Below, in pieces: positions 19,474 to 28,273 of a DNA stretch of 64,000 nucleotides; the first letter of the stretch is position 1, and each line of letters starts with the position of its first letter. The position numbers and the translations under genes are program-made. The stretch is from an uncultured Eubacteriales bacterium (lineage in GTDB: Bacteria; Bacillota; Clostridia; Christensenellales; CAG-138), in contig UQYI01000002.1 in NCBI GenBank assembly GCA_900545265.1, forward strand, positions 16,472 to 80,471. The letters are read 5' to 3'. The notes below the pieces were generated by a model. That model did not search any database and was not told the origin of the DNA. It was given only the letters and a program-made list of their open reading frames with translations.

Positions 19474-20736
19474 TTATTCGTCCAGATCCCCGTCATCCTC
19501 ATCGGTGAGGGTGCTCTTGTTCCGCTTGGAGAGGATCACCGCCGTACCGGCACCGCCGCCTACCAGCAGCACACCCAGAGCAGCCAGGGCTACGGTAAGC
19601 ACGGTGTTTCCGCCATCCTTTTCAGGGATGGGCGAAGGCACCGGCGTATCTGCGGGGGGTTCGGGCACATCGCTGGGTGCTGCCGTAGGGGTAGCGGTGG
19701 GGATATCCGTCGGCGCCACAGTAGGCGTGGGAGTGGGAATATCCGTTGCTGCAGGGGTAGTGGGCGCATCCGTAGCGGTGCCCGTGGTAACGCCGGCGGT
19801 GGCCTTGGCCGTGGTGGTGGGCTTGGCAGTCACGGCTGCCGTGGTTTTGGCCGTGGGCTTGGCGGTAACGTCCGCCTGACTCCGCACGGTGATGGAAGCC
19901 GTCTTGGACTTGATCTCGCCTTTTTCATTGGTGAATACGCAGTAGACCTTCCATCCGTTGAGAGAGGTGGGGATGTTCCGCAGAGACAGCTTTTCCCCGT
20001 CCTCACCGGATACCTTCAGGCCTTTGAATTTCTTCAGCGCTTCCGCCACTGTGTAAGTGGTCTTTCCCTTGGTAAAGAACCAGTCATAGGCGTCTGCATT
20101 CTCTGCCCGGGCCACAAAGGCGCAGCGGCCGCCCTTGGTCACGGTCTCGCTGGTGGGGTTCTTGGTGATCTTGGGCAGCCCCGCAGGAGCGGGAGTAGGG
20201 CTGTTGGTGGGCTTGGCCGTAGTGCCCTTGGGGATAACGGTGATCAGTGCCATGGCGGAATCCACGTTGCCCTTGCTGTTATAGAAGTTACACAAAACCT
20301 TCCAGCCGTTCATGGAGTAGGGGGTCTTGGTGATGACCAGCTTCTCCTCATGCTCGCCGGTGATGGCCACCCCCTTAAAGCGGGCTTTGGCCTCTTTCAC
20401 GGTCAGCAGTTCCTCCCCATCGGGGCTGACAAAATACCAGGTGCGGCCCTTATCGTTGCTGGCCCGGGAGGTAAAGGGACAGCGCCCTCCTTCCTTTACG
20501 GTCTCATCCTTGGGGTCCTTGGTGACCACCGGGATGCCCTTGGGAGCAGGTGTGTTGGTGGGCGCAGCCGCCGTGGGGCTTACGGGAGCCGGTGTTACAG
20601 GCGCTGTAGTGGCCGAACCGGCCGGAGTGCCCGGCACTTCCGGAGTCACGGGTGCGGTCATCCCTTCCGCCAGCACTGCCACGGGCAGCGCAGCCGCCAG
20701 CAGCAGAGCTGCCAGCGCAATGGAGATCTTTTTCAT
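19474..20736 (-). CDS. Type I membrane protein with two tandem Ig-like domains and P/T-rich linkers
   Basis: Signal peptide MKKISIALAALLLAAALPVAVLA. Two homologous ~95-aa domains (K[DN]P..ETV..GGRC.F..RA.N....W.F...G......EA...FKG....GE..EKL......S.NGWKV.C.F.N.KG). Single C-terminal TM helix and an acidic cytoplasmic tail. No PxTG motif. Confidence 0.7.
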   Translation of the reverse strand: MKKISIALAALLLAAALPVAVLAEGMTAPVTPEVPGTPAGSATTAPVTPAPVSPTAAAPTNTPAPKGIPVVTKDPKDETVKEGGRCPFTSRASNDKGRTWYFVSPDGEELLTVKEAKARFKGVAITGEHEEKLVITKTPYSMNGWKVLCNFYNSKGNVDSAMALITVIPKGTTAKPTNSPTPAPAGLPKITKNPTSETVTKGGRCAFVARAENADAYDWFFTKGKTTYTVAEALKKFKGLKVSGEDGEKLSLRNIPTSLNGWKVYCVFTNEKGEIKSKTASITVRSQADVTAKPTAKTTAAVTAKPTTTAKATAGVTTGTATDAPTTPAATDIPTPTPTVAPTDIPTATPTAAPSDVPEPPADTPVPSPIPEKDGGNTVLTVALAALGVLLVGGGAGTAVILSKRNKSTLTDEDDGDLDE

Positions 20737-20852
20737 CTTATTTATACCTCGGTTCTTCTTTTTCTGTCTATATGGTACCAGATATTACAGATTTTTGCAC
20801 CCCTGTTTTTGCAACATAAATGTCAAATCTTTAAGAACGTCCCATTAGAATC

Positions 20853-21416
20853 TTACAGCACCCGGGCTTTGACCAGCGCTTTGCGGATCTTTGGCCCCAG
20901 AAAAGCGGCAGCGGCGATCTTGCAGGCATCTCCGAAAAGGAAAGGCACCACGCCTTTGAGCAGGGCTGCGCCAAAAGAAAGATGCGCCAACCGGGCCAGC
21001 CACAATGTTCCCACGCCATAAAGCACCGCCGTGCCAAACACCAGTCCCAGCAGGGAAGGCAGCAGCTTTTCCTGCCAGCGGGATACCGCCAATCCACCCA
21101 CCAGTACCAGAGGCAGATATCCCACCAGATACCCGCCGGTGGCCCCGGCAAAGCAGGCCGCCCCGCCTGTATAGGCGGAAAACACAGGCGCCCCCACCAG
21201 CCCCAGCAGCAGATACAGAGCCGTGGCCAGGAGGGCCTTTTTCCACCCCAGAATATAAATGGCAAAATACAGTGCCAGCGTGGCCAGAGAGACGGGTACC
21301 GGCCCCACCGGCAGAGACAGGGGCGCCAGCACACAGATCACGGCGGTCATCACCGCCACGGAAAGCATGGAGCGCAGCCGGCTCCCGTTTTTGGATTCAG
21401 CAGAGGCGGATTCCAT
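20853..21416 (-). CDS. bioY: Biotin transporter BioY (ECF S-component)
   Basis: Internal start MESASAESKNG preceded by GGGGGA. Typical BioY sequence (PVSLATLALYFAIYILGWKKALLATALYLLLGLVGAPVFS..GGYLVGY). Confidence 0.85.
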   Translation of the reverse strand: MESASAESKNGSRLRSMLSVAVMTAVICVLAPLSLPVGPVPVSLATLALYFAIYILGWKKALLATALYLLLGLVGAPVFSAYTGGAACFAGATGGYLVGYLPLVLVGGLAVSRWQEKLLPSLLGLVFGTAVLYGVGTLWLARLAHLSFGAALLKGVVPFLFGDACKIAAAAFLGPKIRKALVKARVL

Positions 21417-21661
21417 ATTCTTTTCCCCCATACGGTATTTTGCGGCGAGGCTTTGCCGCAATTGCCCTAAAATATACAGTTTCTCCGGCTTTTTGTCAAG
21501 CACGGTATGCAGAAAATGCGTATCCGGTTTCAAAATTATCCAGTGTTTCCAGCATTTCTTTCTCATTGATTATTTGCTTTTTGAATGGGATCCGCCAAAG
21601 GCCATGCGCTTTCAAGCGCCGTCTGCATGAATATGGGGGAGCTTAGAGGTTCTGTATAAAC

Positions 21662-21688
21662 AAAAAAGCAGCCTCGTTGGAAGCTGCT
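21662..21688 (-). terminator. Terminator downstream of tsf (bidirectional hairpin)
   Basis: agcagc-ctcgttggaa-gctgct hairpin flanked by an A-run and a T-run. Confidence 0.65.
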
Positions 21689-21706
21689 TTTTGTAACGTG
21701 CAGGTC

Positions 21707-22597
21707 TTATTTCTTCATCTGGGACATAACTTCGTCTGCGAAGTTGTCTTCCCGCTTCTGGAGGCCTTCGCCCATCTCGTAACGGACGAACTGGAGAACC
21801 TTCAGGCCACCCTTGGCTGCCAGCATCTGCTTGATGGTGAGGTTCTGATCCTTGACGAACTGCTGCTCATCCAGGCAGACTTCCTTGTAGTACTTGGACA
21901 TACGGCCGTCCACCATCTTTTCCACGATGGCATCGGGCTTGGGCTTGGCGGAAGCAGCGTTCTCTTCCTTGGCCTTGGCCAGCTGGATGGCGCGCTCATG
22001 AGCCATCACATCGGCGGGCAGGTTGTTTACGTCTACGCATATGGGGTTGGCGGCAGCGATCTGCAGGGCCACATCGTGCATGGCTTCCTTGTCGCCTTCC
22101 TTATCGAACTGAGCGATAACGCCGATACGGCCGCCCAGATGGATGTAGGTATCCACAGCGCCTTCCAGACGGACAAAGCGGCGGATGCTGATCTTTTCGC
22201 CGATGCCGGCCACGGCGGTATTGAGCATGGCTTCCACGGTCTCATCACCGATCTTGGAGGCCATGAGCTCTTCTACGGTAGCGGGGTTGGCTTCCACCAC
22301 CTGCTTGGCCACGGTCTTTACGAAGTCCTTGAACTTGTCGGTCTTGGCCACAAAGTCGGTCTCGCAGTTGACTTCCACGATAGCGGAGGCATTCTCTCCC
22401 CGGTAATCGGCCACGATGCCCTCGGCGGCAATACGGCCGGCCTTCTTGGCGGCGGCGGCCAGACCCTTCTCACGGAGGAAGTCGATCGCCTTTTCCACAT
22501 CGCCCTCGCACTGGGTGAGAGCCTTCTTGCAATCCATCATGCCGGCACCAGTGCGCTCACGCAGTGCGGCTACATCCTTAGCGGTAAAAGCTGCCAT
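21707..22597 (-). CDS. tsf: Translation elongation factor Ts
   Basis: 296 aa, N-terminal UBA-like MAAFTAKDVAALRERTGAGMMDCKKAL, rpsB-tsf synteny. Confidence 0.95.
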   Translation of the reverse strand: MAAFTAKDVAALRERTGAGMMDCKKALTQCEGDVEKAIDFLREKGLAAAAKKAGRIAAEGIVADYRGENASAIVEVNCETDFVAKTDKFKDFVKTVAKQVVEANPATVEELMASKIGDETVEAMLNTAVAGIGEKISIRRFVRLEGAVDTYIHLGGRIGVIAQFDKEGDKEAMHDVALQIAAANPICVDVNNLPADVMAHERAIQLAKAKEENAASAKPKPDAIVEKMVDGRMSKYYKEVCLDEQQFVKDQNLTIKQMLAAKGGLKVLQFVRYEMGEGLQKREDNFADEVMSQMKK

Positions 22598-22617
22598 GGT
22601 AATTCCTCCTATTGTAT

Positions 22618-23367
22618 TTATTCTTCAACGGGTGCTTCTTCAGCGGCTTCCACGGTGGCATCCACAGCGGCGTCGGTCATCTGCTCGCCCTGCTTGCCTT
22701 CCAGAACGGCATCGGCCATCTTGGCGGTGATCAGGCGGACGGCGCGGATAGCGTCATCGTTGGCGGGGATGGGGTAATCCACTTCGTCGGGATCGCAGTT
22801 GGTGTCTACGGTAGCCACGATGGGGATACCCAGCTTCCGGGCTTCAGAAACGGCAATGTGCTCTTTACGGGTGTCGATGATGAACAGGGCGCCGGGGAGC
22901 TTCTTCATCTCCTTGATACCGCCCAGGTTCTTCTCCAGCTTCTCCTGCTCGGCCTTGATGGCGATAACTTCCTTCTTGGGCAGCAGATCGAACTCGCCGT
23001 TCTCTTCCATCTGCTCAATGTACTTGAGACGGGCGATACGGGTCTGGATGGTCTTGAAGTTGGTGAGCATACCGCCCAGCCAACGCTGGTTCACATAGAA
23101 CATCTCGCAGCGCTTGGCTTCCTGCTCGATGCTTTCCTGAGCCTGCTTCTTGGTGCCTACAAAGAGAATGGCCTTATCCTGAGCGGCCAGGTCACGGATG
23201 AAGTAATAGGCCTCTTCTACCTTCTTGACGGTCATCTGCAGATCGATGATGTGGATGCCGTTGCGCTCGGTGAAGATGTACTGCTTCATCTTGGGGTTCC
23301 AGCGACGGGTCTGATGGCCGAAATGTACACCGGCCTCCAACAGCTGCTTCATAGAAATCACGGACAT
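22618..23367 (-). CDS. rpsB: 30S ribosomal protein S2
   Basis: Internal start [27 protein letters not shown] with a GGAGG RBS. The upstream extension in the track is non-coding leader. Confidence 0.95.
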   Translation of the reverse strand: MSVISMKQLLEAGVHFGHQTRRWNPKMKQYIFTERNGIHIIDLQMTVKKVEEAYYFIRDLAAQDKAILFVGTKKQAQESIEQEAKRCEMFYVNQRWLGGMLTNFKTIQTRIARLKYIEQMEENGEFDLLPKKEVIAIKAEQEKLEKNLGGIKEMKKLPGALFIIDTRKEHIAVSEARKLGIPIVATVDTNCDPDEVDYPIPANDDAIRAVRLITAKMADAVLEGKQGEQMTDAAVDATVEAAEEAPVEE

Positions 23368-23477
23368 GCTTAAAAAACCTCCTCGTTTTATTTTGTCCTT
23401 CCCCCGCTTCCTCCCGCAGGATACCCAATGGCTGGGACGAGACCTGCAGTCTGCCGGGGGTGCGTGATACCTTGAGC

Positions 23478-23506
23478 AGTATACCAAAGGCAGAAGCGCA
23501 ATGCAA
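23478..23506 (-). promoter_or_regulatory. Sigma-A-type promoter for rpsB-tsf
   Basis: On the minus strand: TTGCAT, a 17-nt spacer, then TATACT. Lies ~110 nt upstream of the rpsB ATG. Confidence 0.55.
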
Positions 23507-23640
23507 GAATTTTTTTGCGCATACGCTGTCTTTTTCCGTACTTTTTTGCACAGATCCGGCAGGTATAACGTCAGATTAGAGAACCGGCCTCTGTTCAAAA
23601 CAAAACTTTATGGGCACCAAAATTTTCTTTATCTATCCTC

Positions 23641-23669
23641 TTGTGCACTGCTGAAAAGTAGGGTATATT
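23641..23669 (+). promoter_or_regulatory. Candidate sigma-A promoter for the Na/Pi cotransporter gene
   Basis: TTGTGC, a 17-nt spacer, then TATATT. Confidence 0.45.
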
Positions 23670-23734
23670 GTATACTGAGTGAAATTGAGAACATACAGTG
23701 TAAACAGGAAACGCAAGGGGGCTTTGCAAAGAGG

Positions 23735-25585
23735 ATGGATGCATTTTACAAAATAGTGGCGCTGCTGGGGGGACTGGCCATGTTCCTGTACGGTATGCAG
23801 GTCATGGGCGACGGCCTGAAGGGCAGTTCCGGCGGTGCCATGAAAAAGGTGCTGGCCCGGGTGACCAACCGGCCCGTTATGGGGTTTCTGCTGGGCATGG
23901 TGGTGACTTGCGTGATCCAGAGCTCCACGGCCACTATCGTGATCCTGGTGGGTCTGGTAGGAGCGGGCTTTCTCAGCTTCCGCCAGTCTGTAGGCATCGT
24001 GCTGGGAGCCAACGTAGGTACGGCCATCACCTCCCAGATCATCCGCCTTATGGACCTGCAGGCCGGGGAAAGCAGCATGCTCTACTTCTTCAAGGCGGAT
24101 AACCTGGCGCCTTTGGCCCTGATACTGGGCATCGTGCTGATCATGTTCGTCCGCCGAGGAGCCAGCAGGACCATGGGCACCATTGCCTGCGGCTTCGGCA
24201 TTCTGTTCATGGGCCTGATGTATATGAACAGCGCCGTGGCCAATCTGCAGGGCTCTGTTTCCTATCTGCTGACGGCCTTTGAAGATAATTATTTTCTGGG
24301 CTTTCTGGCAGGCGTAGGGGTCACGGGGGTGATCCAGAGCTCCTCCGCCGTCATCGGCGTTATCCAGTCCCTGGCCAGTACCGTAGGGCTGAGCTTCAAG
24401 GGCATCTTTGCCGTGATCATCGGCGTAAACATCGGCGACTGCCTGACTACCTTTCTGGTCAGCCGCATCGGCGCCAACGCCAAGCAGATCCGCACCACTC
24501 TGGTGCACATTATCTATAATGTATTTGCGGCCCTGCTGATCGTGCTGTTCCTGTTCATCGGGCGCACCACCGGGCTTCTTTCCGACGGGCTGTGGAATTC
24601 CATTCTCAATTCCGGCGGCATCGCCAATGTGCATTGCCTGTTCCGTCTGGTGCCGGCGGTGCTGCTGCTGCCCTTCTCCGGCCTGTTCGCCAATCTGGCC
24701 GAACGGCTGGTTCCGGACAAGTCTGCCGATGCAGAGGACGCCCAGCTGGAAGATCAGCTCAAGGAGCTGGATCCGCACCTGGTGGTCAGCCCCTCTCTGG
24801 CGCTGGATCTGACGGCCAAGCTGGTGGGCAACATGAGTGATCTGGCCCTGCACAACTATACGGGAGCCGTTCAGCAGATCTATGAATTTGATCCCCAGCG
24901 CAGCAAGCGCATCGACCAGCGGGAACATATGCTGGACCGCATGACCGATGCTTCCAGCCAGTATGTGGTAGCCGTTTCCCCCCATATCACCCTGGAGCGG
25001 GATACCAAAGAGCAGAACTTCCTCCTCAAGGCCATCACTGCCTTTGAGCGCATCGGAGATCTGGCGGTGAACATCACCGATAACGTATATGCCCTGCGGG
25101 ATATGGACAAGTCCTTCTCCCCCTATGCCATGGAGGAGCTGCGGGTAGTCATCGACGCCGTGCAGAAGAATCTGGATTATACCGTCACTGCCTATAAGAA
25201 TGACGACATGGAGGCTGCCCGGCAGGTGGAACCGCTGGAAGAGGTCATTGACGAAATGATCGAATACCTGAAGGCCCAGCACGTAGACCGCATGACCCGG
25301 GGGCTGTGCGATATTCTGGGGGGCATCCAGTTCCAAAACATTCTCTCCAATCTGGAGCGTATCTCCGACCAGTGCTCGGATATGGCCGTATATATTCTGG
25401 AACGGCAGGATGAGGAGATCGTAGGGCAGGAGCACACCTATGTGCACAACCTCCACCACACCTATGATCCGGACTATGCCGCCGCCTTCCGTTCGGAGTA
25501 CGATACCTATTTCGGCCGGATCCGGGCCATCGATCATAGAACCTCGCCGGAGAATCAGAACACCCCCTCCAAGCCGGCACAGTGA
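23735..25585 (+). CDS. Na/Pi cotransporter family protein with C-terminal PhoU-like domains
   Basis: Internal start MDAFYKIVALLGGLAMFLYGMQVMGDGLK. Duplicated Na_Pi_cotrans motifs (VIQSSTATI / VIQSSSAVI) and a helical PhoU-like C-terminal half. Confidence 0.85.
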   Translation: MDAFYKIVALLGGLAMFLYGMQVMGDGLKGSSGGAMKKVLARVTNRPVMGFLLGMVVTCVIQSSTATIVILVGLVGAGFLSFRQSVGIVLGANVGTAITSQIIRLMDLQAGESSMLYFFKADNLAPLALILGIVLIMFVRRGASRTMGTIACGFGILFMGLMYMNSAVANLQGSVSYLLTAFEDNYFLGFLAGVGVTGVIQSSSAVIGVIQSLASTVGLSFKGIFAVIIGVNIGDCLTTFLVSRIGANAKQIRTTLVHIIYNVFAALLIVLFLFIGRTTGLLSDGLWNSILNSGGIANVHCLFRLVPAVLLLPFSGLFANLAERLVPDKSADAEDAQLEDQLKELDPHLVVSPSLALDLTAKLVGNMSDLALHNYTGAVQQIYEFDPQRSKRIDQREHMLDRMTDASSQYVVAVSPHITLERDTKEQNFLLKAITAFERIGDLAVNITDNVYALRDMDKSFSPYAMEELRVVIDAVQKNLDYTVTAYKNDDMEAARQVEPLEEVIDEMIEYLKAQHVDRMTRGLCDILGGIQFQNILSNLERISDQCSDMAVYILERQDEEIVGQEHTYVHNLHHTYDPDYAAAFRSEYDTYFGRIRAIDHRTSPENQNTPSKPAQ

Positions 25586-25604
25586 TCCTTTTTGCATATA
25601 GCAC

Positions 25605-25637
25605 ACGGCTCCGGAAGCTTGTCCGGAGCCGTTTTTC
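25605..25637 (+). terminator. Rho-independent terminator
   Basis: acggctccgg-aagcttgt-ccggagccgt hairpin followed by TTTTT. Confidence 0.7.
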
Positions 25638-25730
25638 GTTGCTCATTGCTTCATAAGAAAGAACCTTGCCGCCCGTTAGAAAGCGGTGCAGCAGCATATG
25701 GATCCCGTACGAAATGTTCCCGGTATGGGG

Positions 25731-25889
25731 TTACCGCTTTCCCTTTTCAGCCTGCCGGCGTATGGTCCCTATCTTTTTATCGCTGCGGGCATCCCGGCCA
25801 TCACTATTGCGGATCGTCCCCGCAGGCAGTCCCCGTGATTTTTCAAAAGCACCCACCGTGCAATCGCTTCTGGTTTTCCGTATTCCCAT
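25731..25889 (-). CDS. Possible very small HTH (XRE-like) protein, 52 aa
   Basis: MGIRKTRSDCTVGAFEKSRGLPAGTIRNSDGRDARSDKKIGTIRRQAEKGKR follows the spacing of the XRE pattern (IR.LR....T..ELAEK.G.S..TIS..E.G...P....L..IA). Its start is 1 nt after the stop of the upstream small ORF. It could instead be a decayed remnant. Confidence 0.3.
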   Translation of the reverse strand: MGIRKTRSDCTVGAFEKSRGLPAGTIRNSDGRDARSDKKIGTIRRQAEKGKR

Positions 25890-25890
25890 A

Positions 25891-26076
25891 TTACCCGTCC
25901 TTTCTCCGGAGCACGCTTTTGATCGCGTTAAAGAACATCCCCATAGCCCCTTTTCTGTCTGCAAGGGCCTCGTCCAGGGTGCTGTTGCCATATACCCGCT
26001 CTACCTCTTCCAGCGTCCAGGTATCGCCTATGGCCTCCATTTCTTCCATAAAAATATACATTTCCCGTTTTTTCAT
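25891..26076 (-). CDS. Small hypothetical protein, 61 aa
   Basis: Good RBS (GGGAGGAAGG, then ATG). MKKREMYIFMEEMEAIGDTWTLEEVERVYGNSTLDEALADRKGAMGMFFNAIKSVLRRKDG. No family recognised. Confidence 0.4.
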   Translation of the reverse strand: MKKREMYIFMEEMEAIGDTWTLEEVERVYGNSTLDEALADRKGAMGMFFNAIKSVLRRKDG

Positions 26077-26266
26077 ATCCTTCCTCCCGTAAACATTTGT
26101 TCTTTCTGTGCCGCTTCCAACGTTTTGTTTCTTGCTCCCTCCTTTCGGCTTTTCTGCATCCCATGCGGGCAATTCGATTTTAACACATTTGTACTCATTT
26201 GACAACATATGTATTCATAAAGAGAATGTTTTTTCTCTACACTTCTTGCAGGAGGTGTATGAAAAC

Positions 26267-26506
26267 ATGTTAAATGCAATGATCGTGGGGCAGGTGATCC
26301 AACGCTGCCGGGAGGAAAAGGGACTTTCTCAAGAGGTAGTCAGCGGTCTTGCCGGCATTGGGCGCACTCATCTGAGCGCCATTGAGCGGGGCGCCCGCAA
26401 GCCTACGCTGGAGACCTTTTTCCGCATCAGCGAGGCCCTGGGAGTCCGCCCCTGCGTACTGATGCAGGCCATAGAAGAAGCGGTATATTCCCGGGCAGAT
26501 ACATAG
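26267..26506 (+). CDS. XRE-family helix-turn-helix transcriptional regulator (79 aa)
   Basis: GGAGGT RBS 10 nt upstream. IVGQVIQRCREEKGLSQEVVSGLAGIGRTHLSAIERGARKPTLETFFRISEALGV is a classic HTH_3 pattern. Confidence 0.8.
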   Translation: MLNAMIVGQVIQRCREEKGLSQEVVSGLAGIGRTHLSAIERGARKPTLETFFRISEALGVRPCVLMQAIEEAVYSRADT

Positions 26507-26550
26507 CAGACCGGTTACTATACGGGGCGGATATATTCCCGTAACGCATG

Positions 26551-26600
26551 CACGGTGCAGCCTCCCTTCAGAAACCGCACCGTGTGTATATGTTATGTTT
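26551..26600 (+). terminator. Candidate terminator between convergent genes
   Basis: cacggtgc...gcaccgtg 8-bp stem (18-nt loop) followed by a T-rich tract. Confidence 0.4.
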
Positions 26601-26608
26601 ATTTGTTC

Positions 26609-28045
26609 TTATCCCAGTTCCGGCAGGGTAGGCACGGCCTCCGCCGGGATGGGGCAATGATAGCCCCCAGCAGTACGGGCTGCAAACTCCTCCCGGGCGG
26701 CAGACAGCAGTTCCGGCTGCTCCAGCAGATCTATGGCTGCGCCGCAAAGCACCTGAGCGGCCTTCAGCAGGGCCTTGTACCCCAGTGGGCTTTTGCCGCA
26801 GGAAACGTTTTGCCAGCTGTGACCGGGGCAGCCGTTGGGCCAGGCCGCCACATGGAGCTGGGCCGTAGGGCACTGCCAGCTTACGTCCCCCACATCCGTA
26901 GAGCCAGGTGAAAAGGCGTCTCCCGTGAACAGGGGCATCACAAAATCATTCATGGGGCCCTTCTGCATGCCCCGGACGGCGGCGGCATACGCTTCCTGAC
27001 AGCTCCCCGCGCCGGGCACATAGCCCTCCGTATGGAAGGTTTTTTCCAACGCCGCTGCAAAGGCCAACTCCTCTTCCGTATAAGCAGGGGCTCCCTGCTC
27101 CGAAAGGTTTTTGTGGAGCAGCGCTTCCAGCGGAGTATTGGGTACGACCTCTGCCAGCCCATCTATGAACTTCCGCTCCAGCGTGGTCTCCGTCATCATG
27201 GCGACGGCCCGGGCAATGGTATCCACCCGTTTTTGCAGCGCCAGCGCCTTTTCCACCTTGTCCGAACGCACCAAATACAAAACGGAGGCTCTGGCCGGCA
27301 CCACGTTGGGGCTGCATCCGCCGGCATTGGTAATGGCATAATGAATACGGGCTTTGGTATCCATGTGCTCCCGGAGGAATTCCACCCCCATGTTCATCAG
27401 GGTCACGGCGTCCAGCGCACTGCGCCCCTTCTCCGGGCTGCCGGCTGCGTGAGCCGCCATGCCGTGGAACAGATACTGTACCTGAATACAGGCGTTGCTG
27501 GAACCCGCAGCCGCCTCGTTGCAGTCATCCGGATGCCAGGTCAGGGCGGCATCCAATCCGTACCACAGGCCTTCCCGGGCCATAAAGGCCTTGGCCGCTC
27601 CCCCTTCTTCTCCGGGGCAGCCATAAAAAATCACCGTACCCGGCCCTCCTGTTTCTTCCAGATAGGCCTTGACTCCCAGCGCCGCCCCCAGCGCCCCTGC
27701 ACCCAGAAGATTATGCCCGCAGCCATGGCCGGGAGCCCCCGGCGCCAGAGGCGTTTCCTTTATGGCATACCCTGCCTGAGAAAGACCGGACAGCGCATCA
27801 TATTCCCCCAGAATGCCGATCACCGGCCGCCCGGAACCGAAAGAAGCGGAAAAGGCCGTTTCTATACCGCAAATGCCCTTTTCTACGGTGAACCCCTCTT
27901 CTTCCAGCACCTGCTCATACAGGGCTGCGGATCTGTACTCCTGCAGCGAAAGCTCCGCATAGGCCCAGATGCTGTCCGCCACCTGTTGAAGCAGTTCTTT
28001 TTTATTCTCTACGGCCGCCAGCGCCGCCTGTTTTTTCGTATCCAT
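26609..28045 (-). CDS. M20-family amidohydrolase (AbgB/aminobenzoyl-glutamate utilisation-like)
   Basis: Start MDTKKQAALAAV with an AAAGGAG RBS. Metal-binding HGCGHNLLG motif, M20 dimerisation-domain layout, ~478 aa. Confidence 0.8.
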   Translation of the reverse strand: MDTKKQAALAAVENKKELLQQVADSIWAYAELSLQEYRSAALYEQVLEEEGFTVEKGICGIETAFSASFGSGRPVIGILGEYDALSGLSQAGYAIKETPLAPGAPGHGCGHNLLGAGALGAALGVKAYLEETGGPGTVIFYGCPGEEGGAAKAFMAREGLWYGLDAALTWHPDDCNEAAAGSSNACIQVQYLFHGMAAHAAGSPEKGRSALDAVTLMNMGVEFLREHMDTKARIHYAITNAGGCSPNVVPARASVLYLVRSDKVEKALALQKRVDTIARAVAMMTETTLERKFIDGLAEVVPNTPLEALLHKNLSEQGAPAYTEEELAFAAALEKTFHTEGYVPGAGSCQEAYAAAVRGMQKGPMNDFVMPLFTGDAFSPGSTDVGDVSWQCPTAQLHVAAWPNGCPGHSWQNVSCGKSPLGYKALLKAAQVLCGAAIDLLEQPELLSAAREEFAARTAGGYHCPIPAEAVPTLPELG

Positions 28046-28214
28046 GCATGGACTCCTTTCCCTTCGATGCTGCATAGAATACCACTGTTTATGCGCTCCG
28101 TCAAGGAATTTTCGTATGTTTATCCGTCATTATTTGATTTTTGTGAATATTATTTCATCAAGGAGCAATGCTGGAACAGGCTCTCCTGTCCGGGGCACGC
28201 ATCGTCTGTATGTA

Positions 28215-28239
28215 GAAAAAGGGCCGCAAGGGAACGGCC
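28215..28239 (-). terminator. Terminator downstream of the SGNH hydrolase gene
   Basis: On the minus strand: ggccg-ttcccttg-cggcc hairpin followed by CTTTTTC. Confidence 0.55.
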
Positions 28240-28273
28240 TCCGTTCTCTCACAGCCCTCTTGGGTATGCCGCA

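Noticed and set aside
21417-21660. Possible BirA operator or biotin-responsive element upstream of bioY
   Set aside because: I found only weak partial palindromes and nothing resembling the TGTAAACC/GGTTTACA-type inverted repeat. Not supportable by eye.
23633-25606. 657-aa minus-strand ORF. Similar long antisense ORFs occur at 27032-28996 (+), 29998-31962 (-), 33337-34983 (+), 43526-45595 (+), 45659-46855 (+) and 47719-48981 (-).
   Set aside because: Each overlaps, on the opposite strand, a gene with clear family motifs (Na/Pi transporter, M20/SGNH, FeoB, ABC permease, DltA-like and SGNH-like genes, transglutaminase-like gene, Fe-ADH). None has a recognisable domain or RBS.
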